Shown here one piece after another: positions 13,301 through 25,363 of a DNA stretch of 64,000 bases (position 1 is its first letter; every line of letters begins with the position of its first letter). Made by a program: the position numbers and the translations under genes. Below the pieces are notes generated by a model. It had not been told where the DNA came from. It was given only the letters and a program-made list of their open reading frames with translations, and ran no database searches. Origin of the DNA: Eledone cirrhosa (lineage: Eukaryota); the NCBI GenBank assembly GCA_964016885.1, contig OZ024741.1:182714001-182778000 (forward strand). Reading direction: 5' to 3'.

Positions 13301-16300
13301 GGCTGCCGATGGTGGTCACGTCCAGTGATTTGTATTCCAGCTTCCGTTCCGCCTGAAGAAAGTGGTGGCTGCCGATGGTGGTCACGTCCAGTGATTTGTA
13401 TTCCAGCTTCCGGTTCCGCCTGAAGAAAGTGGTGGCTGCCGATGGTGGTCACGTCCAGTGATTTGTATTCCAGCTTCCGGTTCCGCCTGAAGAAAGTGGT
13501 GGCTGCCGATGGTGGTCACGTCCAGTGATTTGTATTCCAGCTTCCGGTTCCGCCTGAAGAAAGTGGTGGCTGCCGATGGTGGTCACGTCCAGTGATTTGT
13601 ATTCCAGCTTCCGGTTCCGCCTGAAGAAAGTGGTGGCTGCCGATGGTGGTCACGTCCAGTGATTTGTATTCCAGCTTCCGGTCCCGCCTGAAGAAAGTGG
13701 TGGCTGCCGATGGTGGTCACGTCCAGTGATTTGTATTCCAGCTTCCGGTTCCGCCTGAAGAAAGTGGTGGCTGCCGATGGTGGTCACGTCCAGTGATTTG
13801 TATTCCAGCTTCCGGTTCCGCATGAAGAAAGTGGTGGCTGCCGATGGTGGTCACGTCCAGTGATTTGTATTCCAGCTTCCGGTTCCGGTCCCGCCTGAAG
13901 AAAGTGGTGGCTGCCGATGGTGGTCACGTCCAGTGATTTGTATTCCAGCTTCCGGTTCCGGTCCCGCCTGAAGAAAGTGGTGGCTGCCGATGGTGGTTAC
14001 GTCCAGTGATTTGTATTCCAGCTTCCGGTTCCGCCTGAAGAAAGTGGTGGCTGCCGATGGTGGTCACGTCCAGTGATTTGTATTCCAGCTTCCGGTTCCG
14101 GTCATGCCTGAAGAAAGTGGTGGCTGCCGATGGTGGTCACGTCCAGTGATTTGTATTCCAGCTTCCGGTTCCGCCTGAAGAAAGTGGTGGCTGCCGATGG
14201 TGGTCACGTCCAGTGATTTGTATTCCAGCTTCCGGTTCCGCCTGAAGAAAGTGGTGGCTGCCGATGGTGGTCACGTCCAGTGATTTGTATTCCAGCTTCC
14301 GGTCCCGCCTGAAGAAAGTGGTGGCTGCCGATGGTGGTCACGTCCAGTGATTTGTATTCCAGCTTCCGGTCCCGCCTGAAGAAAGTGGTGGCTGCCGATG
14401 GTGGTCACGTCCAGTGATTTGTATTCCAGCTTCCGGTTCCGGTCCCGCCTGAAGAAAGTGGTGGCTGCCGATGGTGGTCACGTTCAGTGATTTGTATTCC
14501 AGCTTCCGGTTCCGGTCCCGCCTGAAGAAAGTGGTGGCTGCCGATGGTGGTTACGTCCAGTGATTTGTATTCCAGCTTCCGGTTCCGCCTGAAGAAAGTG
14601 GTGGCTGCCGATGGTGGTCACGTCCAGTGATTTGTATTCCAGCTTCCGGTTCCGGTCCCGCCTGAAGAAAGTGGTGGATGCCGATGGTGGTCACGTCCAG
14701 TGATTTGTATTCCAGCTTCCGGTTCCGCCTGAAGAAAGTGGTGGCTGCCGATGGTGGTCACGTCCAGTGATTTGTATTCCAGCTTCCGGTTCCGCCTGAA
14801 GAAAGTGGTGGCTGCCGATGGTGGTCACGTCCAGTGATTTGTATTCCAGCTTCCGGTTCCGCCTGAAGAAAGTGGTGGCTGCCGATGGTGGTCACGTCCA
14901 GTGATTTGTATTCCAGCTTCCGGTTCCGCCTGAAGAAAGTGGTGGCTGCCGATGGTGGTCACGTCCAGTGATTTGTATTCCAGCTTCCGGTTCCGCCTGA
15001 AGAAAGTGGTGGCTGCCGATGGTGGTCACGTCCAGTGATTTGTATTCCAGCTTCCGGTCCCGCCTGAAGAAAGTGGTGGCTGCCGATGGTGGTCACGTCC
15101 AGTGATTTGTATTCCAGCTTCCGGTCCCGCCTGAAGAAAGTGGTGGCTGCCGATGGTGGTCACGTCCAGTGATTTGTATTCCAGCTTCCGGTTCCGCCTG
15201 AAGAAAGTGGTGGCTGCCGATGGTGGTCACGTCCAGTGATTTGTATTCCAGCTTCCGGTCCCGCCTGAAGAAAGTGGTGGCTGCCGATGGTGGTCACGTC
15301 CAGTGATTTGTATTCCAGCTTCCGGTCCCGCCTGAAGAAAGTGGTGGCTGCCGATGGTGGTCACGTCCAGTGATTTGTATTCCAGCTTCCGGTCCCGCCT
15401 GAAGGAAGTGGTGGCTGCCGATGGTGGTCACGTCCAGTGATTTGTATTCCAGCTTCCGGTTCCGCCTGAAGAAAGTGGTGGCTGTCGATGGTGGTTACGT
15501 CCAGTGATTTGTATTCCAGCTTCCGGTTCCGGTCCCGCCTGAAGAAAGTGGTGGCTGCCGATGGTGGTCACGTCCACTGATTTGTATTCCAGCTTCCGGT
15601 TCCGCATGAAGAAAGTGGTGGCTGCCGATGGTGGTCACGTCCAGTGATTTGTATTCCAGCTTCCGTTCCGCCTGAAGAAAGTGGTGGCTGCCGATGGTGG
15701 TCACGTCCAGTGATTTGTATTCCAGCTTCCGGTTCCGCCTGAAGAAAGTGGTGGCTGCCGATGGTGGTCACGTCCAGTGATTTGTATTCCAGCTTCCGGT
15801 TCCGCCTGAAGAAAGTGGTGGCTGCCGATGGTGGTCACGTCCAGTGATTTGTATTCCAGCTTCCGGTTCCGCCTGAAGAAAGTGGTGGCTGCCGATGGTG
15901 GTCACGTCCAGTGATTTGTATTCCAGCTTCCGGTTCCGCCTGAAGAAAGTGGTGGCTGCCGATGGTGGTCACGTCCAGTGATTTGTATTCCAGCTTCCGG
16001 TCCCGCCTGAAGAAAGTGGTGGCTGCCGATGGTGGTCACGTCCAGTGATTTGTATTCCAGCTTCCGGTTCCGCCTGAAGAAAGTGGTGGCTGCCGATGGT
16101 GGTCACGTCCAGTGATTTGTATTCCAGCTTCCGGTTCCGCATGAAGAAAGTGGTGGCTGCCGATGGTGGTCACGTCCAGTGATTTGTATTCCAGCTTCCG
16201 GTTCCGGTCCCGCCTGAAGAAAGTGGTGGCTGCCGATGGTGGTCACGTCCAGTGATTTGTATTCCAGCTTCCGGTTCCGGTCCCGCCTGAAGAAAGTGGT

Positions 16301-19300
16301 GGCTGCCGATGGTGGTTACGTCCAGTGATTTGTATTCCAGCTTCCGGTTCCGCCTGAAGAAAGTGGTGGCTGCCGATGGTGGTCACGTCCAGTGATTTGT
16401 ATTCCAGCTTCCGGTTCCGGTCATGCCTGAAGAAAGTGGTGGCTGCCGATGGTGGTCACGTCCAGTGATTTGTATTCCAGCTTCCGGTTCCGCCTGAAGA
16501 AAGTGGTGGCTGCCGATGGTGGTCACGTCCAGTGATTTGTATTCCAGCTTCCGGTTCCGCCTGAAGAAAGTGGTGGCTGCCGATGGTGGTCACGTCCAGT
16601 GATTTGTATTCCAGCTTCCGGTTCCGCCTGAAGAAAGTGGTGGCTGCCGATGGTGGTCACGTCCAGTGATTTGTATTCCAGCTTCCGGTTCCGCCTGAAG
16701 AAAGTGGTGGCTGCCGATGGTGGTCACGTCCAGTGATTTGTATTCCAGCTTCCGGTTCCGCCTGAAGAAAGTGGTGGCTGCCGATGGTGGTCACGTCCAG
16801 TGATTTGTATTCCAGCTTCCGGTCCCGCCTAAAGAAAGTGGTGGCTGCCGATGGTGGTCACGTCCAGTGATTTGTATTCCAGCTTCCGGTCCCGCCTGAA
16901 GAAAGTGGTGGCTACCGATGGTGGTCACGTCCAGTGATTTGTATTCCAGCTTCCGGTTCCGGTCCCGCCTGAAGAAAGTGGTGGCTGCCGATGGTGGTTA
17001 CGTCCAGTGATTTGTATTCCAGCTTCCGGTTACGCCTGAAGAAAGTGGTGGCTGCCGATGGTGGTCACGTCCAGTGATTTGTATTCCAGCTTCCGGTTCC
17101 GCCTGAAGAAAGTGGTGGCTGCCGATGGTGGTCACGTCCAGTGATTTGTATTCCAGCTTCCGGTTCCGCCTGAAGAAAGTGGTGGCTGCAGATGATGGTC
17201 ACGTCCAGTGATTTGTATTCCAGCTTCCGGTTCCGCCTGAAGAAAGTGGTGGCTGCCGATGGTGGTCACGTCCAGTGATTTGTATTCCAGCTTCCGGTTC
17301 CGCCTGAAGAAAGTGGTGGCTGCCGATGGTGGTCACGTCCAGTGATTTGTATTCCAGCTTCCGGTTCAGCCTGAAGAAAGTGGTGGCTGCCGATGGTGGT
17401 CACGTCCAGTGATTTGTATTCCAGCTTCCGGTTCCGCCTGAAGAAAGTGGTGGCTGCCGATGGTGGTCACGTCCAGTGATTTGTATTCCAGCTTCCGGTC
17501 CCGCCTGAAGAAAGTGGTGGCTGCCGATGGTGGTCACGTCCAGTGATTTGTATTCCAGCTTCCGGTCGCGCCTGAAGAAAGTGGTGGCTGCCGATGGTGG
17601 TCACGTCCAGTGATTTGTATTCCAACTTCCGGTTCCGCCTGAAGAAAGTGGTGGCTGCCGATGGTGGTCACGTCCAGTGATTTGTATTCCAGCTTCCGGT
17701 CCCGCCTGAAGAAAGTGGTGGCTGCCGATGGTGGTCACGTCCAGTGATTTGTATTCCAGCTTCCGGTCCCGCCTGAAGAAAGTGGTGGCTGCCGATGGTG
17801 GTCACGTCCAGTGATTTGTATTCCAGCTTCCGGTTCCGCCTGAAGAAAGTGGTGGCTGCCGATGGTGGTCACGTCCAGTGATTTGTATTCCAGCTTCCGG
17901 TTCCGCATGAAGAAAGTGGTGGCTGCCGATGGTGGTCACGTCCAGTGATTTGTATTCCAGCTTCCGGTTCCGGTCCCGCCTGAAGAAAGTGGTGGCTGCC
18001 GATGGTGGTCACGTCCAGTGATTTGTATTCCAGCTTCCGGTTCCGGTCCCGCCTGAAGAAAGTGGTGGCTGCCGATGGTGGTTACGTCCAGTGATTTGTA
18101 TTCCAGCTTCCGGTTCCGCCTGAAGAAAGTGGTGGCTGCCGATGGTGGTCACGTCCAGTGATTTGTATTCCAGCTTCCGGTTCCGGTCATGCCTGAAGAA
18201 AGTGGTGGCTGCCGATGGTGGTCACGTCCAGTGATTTGTATTCCAGCTTCCGGTTCCGCCTGAAGAAAGTGGTGGCTGCCGATGGTGGTCACGTCCAGTG
18301 ATTTGTATTCCAGCTTCCGGTTCCGCCTGAAGAAAGTGGTGGCTGCCGATGGTGGTCACGTCCAGTGATTTGTATTCCAGCTTCCGGTTCCGCCTGAAGA
18401 AAGTGGTGGCTGCCGATGGTGGTCACGTCCAGTGATTTGTATTCCAGCTTCCGGTTCCGCCTGAAGAAAGTGGTGGCTGCCGATGGTGGTCACGTCCAGT
18501 GATTTGTATTCCAGCTTCCGGTTCCGCCTGAAGAAAGTGGTGGCTGCCGATGGTGGTCACGTCCAGTGATTTGTATTCCAGCTTCCGGTCCCGCCTGAAG
18601 AAAGTGGTGGCTGCCGATGGTGGTCACGTCCAGTGATTTGTATTCCAGCTTCCGGTCCCGCCTGAAGAAAGTGGTGGCTGCCGATGGTGGTCACGTCCAG
18701 TGATTTGTATTCCAGCTTCCGGTTCCGGTCCCGCCTGAAGAAAGTGGTGGCTGCCGATGGTGGTTACGTCCAGTGATTTGTATTCCAGCTTCCGGTTACG
18801 CCTGAAGAAAGTGGTGGCTGCCGATGGTGGTCACGTCCAGTGATTTGTATTCCAGCTTCCGGTTCCGCCTGAAGAAAGTGGTGGCTGCCGATGGTGGTCA
18901 CGTCCAGTGATTTGTATTCCAGCTTCCGGTTCCGCCTGAAGAAAGTGGTGGCTGCAGATGATGGTCACGTCCAGTGATTTGTATTCCAGCTTCCGGTTCC
19001 GCCTGAAGAAAGTGGTGGCTGCCGATGGTGGTCACGTCCAGTGATTTGTATTCCAGCTTCCGGTTCCGCCTGAAGAAAGTGGTGGCTGCCGATGGTGGTC
19101 ACGTCCAGTGATTTGTATTCCAGCTTCCGGTTCCGCCTGAAGAAAGTGGTGGCTGCCGATGGTGGTCACGTCCAGTGATTTGTATTCCAGCTTCCGGTTC
19201 CGCCTGAAGAAAGTGGTGGCTGCCGATGGTGGTCACGTCCAGTGATTTGTATTCCAGCTTCCGGTCCCGCCTGAAGAAAGTGGTGGCTGCCGATGGTGGT

Positions 19301-22283
19301 CACGTCCAGTGATTTGTATTCCAGCTTCCGGTCGCGCCTGAAGAAAGTGGTGGCTGCCGATGGTGGTCACGTCCAGTGATTTGTATTCCAGCTTCCGGTT
19401 CCGCCTGAAGAAAGTGGTGGCTGCCGATGGTGGTCACGTCCAGTGATTTGTATTCCAGCTTCCGGTCCCGCCTGAAGAAAGTGGTGGCTGCCGATGGTGG
19501 TCACGTCCAGTGATTTGTATTCCAGCTTCCGGTCCCGCCTGAAGAAAGTGGTGGCTGCCGATGGTGGTCACGTCCAGTGATTTGTATTCCAGCTTCCGGT
19601 CCCGCCTGAAGGAAGTGGTGGCTGCCGATGGTGGTCACGTCCAGTGATTTGTATTCCAGCTTCCGGTTCCGCCTGAAGAAAGTGGTGGCTGCCGATGGTG
19701 GTCACGTCCAGTGATTTGTATTCCAGCTTCCGGTTCCGCCTGAAGAAAGTGGTGGCTGCCGATGGTGGTCACGTCCAGTGATTTGTATTCCAGCTTCCGG
19801 TTCCGCCTGAAGAAAGTGGTGGCTGCCGATGGTGGTCACGTCCAGTGATTTGTATTCCAGCTTCCGGTTCCGCCTGAAGAAAGTGGTGGCTGCCGATGGT
19901 GGTCACGTCCAGTGATTTGTATTCCAGCTTCCGGTTCCGCCTGAAGAAAGTGGTGGCTGCCGATGGTGGTCACGTCCAGTGATTTGTATTCCAGCTTCCG
20001 GTTCCGCCTGAAGAAAGTGGTGGCTGCCGATGGTGGTCACGTCCAGTGATTTGTATTCCAGCTTCCGGTCCCGCCTGAAGAAAGTGGTGGCTGCCGATGG
20101 TGGTCACGTCCAGTGATTTGTATTCCAGCTTCCGGTTCCGCATGAAGAAAGTGGTGGCTGCCGATGGTGGTCACGTCCAGTGATTTGTATTCCAGCTTCC
20201 GGTTCCGCCTGAAGAAAGTGGTGGCTGCCGATGGTGGTCACGTCCAGTGATTTGTATTCCAGCTTCCGGTTCCGCCTGAAGAAAGTGGTGGCTGCCGATG
20301 GTGGTCAGATCCAGTGATTTGTATTCCAGCTTCCGGTTCCGCCTGAAGAAAGTGGTGGCTGCCGATGGTGGTCACGTCCAGTGATTTGTATTCCAGCTTC
20401 CGGTTCCGCCTGAAGAAAGTGGTGGCTGCCGATGGTGGTCACGTCCAGTGATTTGTATTCCAGCTTCCGGTCCCGCCTGAAGAAAGTGGTGGCTGCCGAT
20501 GGTGGTCACGTCCAGTGATTTGTATTCCAGCTTCCGGTCCCGCCTGAAGAAAGTGGTGGCTGCCGATGGTGGTCACGTCCAGTGATTTGTATTCCAGCTT
20601 CCGGTTCCGGTCCCGCCTGAAGAAAGTGGTGGCTGCCGATGGTGGTCACGTCCAGTGATTTGTATTCCAGCTTCCGGTTCCGCCTGAAGAAAGTGGTGGC
20701 TGCCGATGGTGGTCACGTCCAGTGATTTGTATTCCAGCTTCCGGTTCCGCCTGAAGAAAGTGGTGGCTGCCGATGGTGGTCACGTCCAGTGATTTATATT
20801 CCAGCTTCCGGTTCCGCCTGAAGAAAGTGGTGGCTGCCGATGGTGGTCACGTCCAGTGATTTGTATTCCAGCTTCCGGTTCCGCCTGAAGAAAGTGGTGG
20901 CTGCCGATGGTGGTCACGTCCAGTGATTTGTATTCCAGCTTCCGGTTCCGCCTGAAGAAAGTGGTGGCTGCCGATGGTGGTCACGTCCAGTGATTTGTAT
21001 TCCAGCTTCCGGTTCCGCCTGAAGAAAGTGGTGGCTGCCGATGGTGGTCACGTCCAGTGATTTGTATTCCAGCTTCCGGTCCCGCCTGAAGAAAGTGGTG
21101 GCTGCCGATGGTGGTCACGTCCAGTGATTTGTATTCCAGCTTCCGGTCCCGCCTGAAGAAAGTGGTGGCTGCCGATGGTGGTCACGTCCAGTGATTTGTA
21201 TTCCAGCTTCCGGTTCCGCCTGAAGAAAGTGGTGGCTGCCGATGGTGGTCACGTCCAGTGATTTGTATTCCAGCTTCCGGTCCCGCCTGAAGAAAGTGGT
21301 GGCTGCCGATGGTGGTCACGTCCAGTGATTTGTATTCCAGCTTCCGGTCCCGCCTGAAGAAAGTGGTGGCTGCCGATGGTGGTCACGTCCAGTGATTTGT
21401 ATTCCAGCTTCCGGTCCCGCCTGAAGGAAGTGGTGGCTGCCGATGGTGGTCACGTCCAGTGATTTGTATTCCAGCTTCCGGTTCCGCCTGAAGAAAGTGG
21501 TGGCTGCCGATGGTGGTCACGTCCAGTGATTTGTATTCCAGCTTCCGGTTCCGCCTGAAGAAAGTGGTGGCTGCCGATGGTGGTCACGTCCAGTGATTTG
21601 TATTCCAGCTTCCGGTCCCGCCTGAAGAAAGTGGTGGCTGCCGATGGTGGTCACGTCCAGTGATTTGTATTCCAGCTTCCGGTTCCGCCTGAAGAAAGTG
21701 GTGGCTGCCGATGGTGGTCACGTCCAGTGATTTGTATTCCAGCTTCCGGTTGCGCCTGAAGAAAGTGGTGGCTGCCGATGGTGGTCACGTCCAGTGATTT
21801 GTATTCCAGCTTCCGGTTCCGGTCCCGCCTGAAGAAAGTGGTGGCTGCCGATGGTGGTTACGTCCAGTGATTTGTATTCCAGCTTCCGGTTCCGCCTGAA
21901 GGATGTGGTGGCTGCCGATGGTGGTCACGTCCAGTGGGTTGTATTCCAGCTTCCGGTTCCGCCTGAAGGAAGTGGTGGCTGCCGATGGTGGTCACGTCCA
22001 GTGATTTGTATTCCAGCTTCCGGTTCCGCCTGAAGAAAGTGGTGGCTGCCGATGGTGGTCACGTCCAGTGATTTGTATTCCAGCTTCCGGTTCCGCCTGA
22101 AGAAAGTGGTGGCTGCCGATGGTGGTCACGTCCAGTGATTTGTATTCCAGCTTCCGGTTCCGCCTGAAGAAAGTGGTGGCTGCCGATGGTGGTCACGTCC
22201 AGTGGGTTGTATTCCAGCTTCCGGTTCCGCCTGAAGGAAGTGGTGGCTGCCGATGGTGGTCACGTCCAGTGATTTGTATTCCT
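10270..22283 (+). repeat. Satellite array of ~175-180 copies of a 67-bp monomer (73-bp and 66-bp variants)
   Basis: Monomer cagcttccggttccgcctgaagaaagtggtggctgccgatggtggtcacgtccagtgatttgtattc (37/67 GC, 4 CpG) repeated head-to-tail with very few substitutions. Confidence 0.99.
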
Positions 22284-22395
22284 TATATATGTGACTAACT
22301 GTAGATAAAGTTTCATTGAAACAAGTTCATTTGTTATATAAAAAAAACCGTGTATTTGTTATCCACTGATGTTTCCAGATTTATCTACACACACA
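22284..22395 (+). mobile_element. Probable 3' UTR and right terminus of the same transposon resuming after the array
   Basis: The last monomer runs on into unique sequence ttatatatgtgactaac...tgtttccagatttatctacacacac before microsatellite resumes. TIR identity is inferred; the left end is not visible. Confidence 0.5.
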
Positions 22396-22554
22396 CATAT
22401 ATATATGTGTGTGTGGGTTTGTGTGGGTGGGTGTGGGTGGGTGTGGGTGTGGGTGGGTGTTGTTGGGTGTGGGTGTGGGTGTGGGTGGATGGGTGGGTGG
22501 GGGGGTATCTGTTTACCTTTTATATATATATATATATATATATACACTGATACA

Positions 22555-23454
22555 CTGTGTATACATTCATATATATATATCGCTATTTCAGAGCACCAAT
22601 TCTAATTTATATATATATATATATATATAAATTAGAATTGGTGCTCTGAAATAGCGATATATATATATGAATGTATATATAGTGTATTTTGCAATACACT
22701 GTATGCTTAATTAAAAGCAATTTGAAGACCTTACGCTATTGTTTTAAAGTAGAGAAAATGTCACTTACTTCAATTTTCAGCAAAGAAGGGGAGATAAGCT
22801 GACAGAGCTCTGTTTCATACTTATTGGTACTTATCAAAGCTCACCACTCCGTCTGTTTGCTGAAAATTATGAATGTTGGATCTTCTAGAATTCCAGTAAT
22901 AATCAGGAACTGATTATTCAGAGCGGTTGCAGGTCCAGCAAATATTAGAATTGGTGCTCTGAAATAGCGATATGAATGTATATATAATGTATTTTGCAAT
23001 ACACTGTATTCTTAATTAAAATCATGTTGTCAGCTTATCTCCCCTTGTTCTTGTTTGCTGAAAATTGAAGTAAGTGACATTGTCACTACTTTAAAACATG
23101 ATTTTAATTAAGCATACAGTGTATTACAAAATACACTATATATACATTCATATATATATATCGCTATTTCAGAGCACCAATTCTAATTTTTAATTTTTGT
23201 TGGACCTGCAACCGCTCTGTATAGTCAGTTCCTGATTATTACTGGAATTCTATAAGAATCCAATATTCATAATTTTCAGCAAACAGAAGGGGTGGTGATC
23301 TTTGATAAGTACCAACAAGTACGAAACAGAGCTCTGTCAGCTTATCTCCCCTTGTTTGCTGAAAATTGAAGTAAGTGACATTGTCGCTACTTTAAAACAA
23401 TAGCGTAAGGTCTTCAAAATGCTTTTAATTAAGCATACAGTGTATTGCAAAATA

Positions 23455-23460
<6 letters not shown>
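22555..23460. repeat. Compound fold-back structure: small palindrome centred on (TA)n (22558-22680) plus ~350-bp inverted arms (22680-23025 / 23095-23460) of a ~315-bp unit
   Basis: attagaattggtgctctgaaatagcgata occurs at ~22631 and ~22944 (+) and as reverse complement at ~22580 and ~23160; internal segments mirror each other. Confidence 0.88.
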
Positions 23461-23537
<77 letters not shown>

Positions 23538-23538
<1 letters not shown>

Positions 23539-24052
23539 AGAACAGGTGATTATTTAAATCGTATTTTAATTTATTTAAAAGAATGTTTAATGTTTGCTTG
23601 TTCCGCTCATTTTTATAGTTCTGGTATTTCAAATTAGTACCATTGAACAACAACTTTTATAGACGCCATTTATATTTCCGTGGGTACTTAGTACCTACTG
23701 GAATATTTATATAATTTATATGTATTCTCCTTCTATGTAGAGAAAAAAATGTTGTATCATGCTGCTATTTTTAGTAACATGAAATTTCAACAAGTCTATA
23801 ATTCCTGCTTTTTCTTACGGCCTATTTATGTGTTGGTCACTTTAACGGCATCGGGCAGAAAGCGATATATTTACTAACTACAAGGCTTTGTGCCCTGTGG
23901 TATGGAAATAGCTGTCTGAAGAGCTGATTCTTTCCATTGGAAATTCTCTGAATTTCCAATCTTTTGATAAGCGAAACCTTAGGACAGGTGAATATTTAAA
24001 TCGAATTTTAATTTATTTAAGATTGTTTAATGTTTGCTTGTTCCGCTCATTT
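23538..24052 (+). mobile_element. Retrozyme-like non-coding repeat: 442-bp unit plus ~70-bp terminal direct repeat, with an internal hammerhead motif
   Basis: tag(a/g)acaggtga.tatttaaatcg...tgtttgcttgttccgctcattt at 23538 and 23980; hammerhead-like motif at 23912-23987; flanked by (TA)n. Confidence 0.65.
23912..23987 (+). ncRNA. Hammerhead-like motif, about 2 nt degenerate near the cleavage site or stem I
   Basis: ctgt CTGAAGA gctgat...attggaaattc tct gaatttccaat...ataagc GAAAC cttagg acag. Confidence 0.55.
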
Positions 24053-24101
24053 ATATATATATATATATATATATTGTTATACTTAAACAAATTCAGAAAC
24101 G

Positions 24102-24146
<45 letters not shown>

Positions 24147-24162
24147 TATATATTCGTGTACA

Positions 24163-24575
24163 GATTTTCCACAGTAATACTGTACTCTATATTTTTAACA
24201 GTAATACTGTACTATATATTTTCAACAGTAATACTGTACAATATATTTTCAACAGTAATACTATACTATATATGTTCAACAGTGTTATTATACTATATTT
24301 TTTCAACAGTAATACTATACTATATATTTTCAACAGTAATACTGTACTGTACTATATATCTTCAACAGTAATACTGTACTATATATTTTTGACAGTAATA
24401 ATATTCTATATATTTTCAACAGTACTAGTATACTACATATTTTCAACAGTAATACTATACTATACTATATATTTTCAACAGTAACACTATACTATATATG
24501 TTCAACAGTTATACTATATATTTTCAACAGTAATACTATACTATACTATTTATTTTCAACATTAATACTATTCTG
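24163..24575. repeat. ~27-bp AT-rich minisatellite (~14 copies)
   Basis: tatattttcaacagtaatactgtacta repeated with 5-bp slippage variants; followed by hairpin cagacgg-ctta-tcgtctg and ...gctagt (possible Helitron-like 3' end). Confidence 0.9.
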
Positions 24576-24616
24576 CACAGACGGCTTATCGTCTGTTTAT
24601 CCGGATGGACAAGCTA

Positions 24617-24737
<121 letters not shown>

Positions 24738-24869
24738 TTGTCGTTTTGGAAGCCTCAACAAAGCAGATGGTTAAATCTTGAGGCTTCCAAGACGACTAAA
24801 AGATTTTTTCTTTTATTCCACAATGCTTCAAGCAAACTTCAATACTCTCTTATATATATATATATATAC

Positions 24870-24945
<76 letters not shown>

Positions 24946-25075
24946 ATATATATGTACGTATATATATATACAAATGGAAGTTTAGTCAAATCGAAGTTTT
25001 GGCTGTGGCCAAGCTAACGATATAAGAATGTGCAACAAACCACTCAATAAGGCTGTGTCACCTTAGAGTAATAAC

Positions 25076-25205
<130 letters not shown>

Positions 25206-25363
25206 ATATAAAGTTGTGAAGGAACAGGGGCTGTGTTGTTGCTGGATAAAATGGATTTATAAATAAGAGGAAAACACGAACGTAGAAATGTCCATGATCT
25301 CCAGAAGACAACTGATGAAGGGAAACTACCCTCCGTTTGTGTTTTCCTCTTATTTATATATAT

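Noticed and set aside
13176-15771. Short ORFs inside the satellite as repeat proteins
   Set aside because: 67 bp is not a multiple of 3; the ORFs appear only where variants remove stops.
10270-22283. CRISPR array
   Set aside because: Monomers are contiguous with no unique spacers, there are no cas genes, and the context is eukaryotic.
10270-22283. Hammerhead-containing satellite (CTGAAGA plus hairpin in each monomer)
   Set aside because: No GAAA/NUH follows the hairpin and there is no stem I; CTGAAGA is explained by the Leu-Lys-Lys codons of the transposase.
25258-25360. Hammerhead at ctgatgaagggaaac within a ~26-bp inverted repeat
   Set aside because: No stem II between CTGATGA and GAAA and no matching stem I; kept only as a hairpin remnant.
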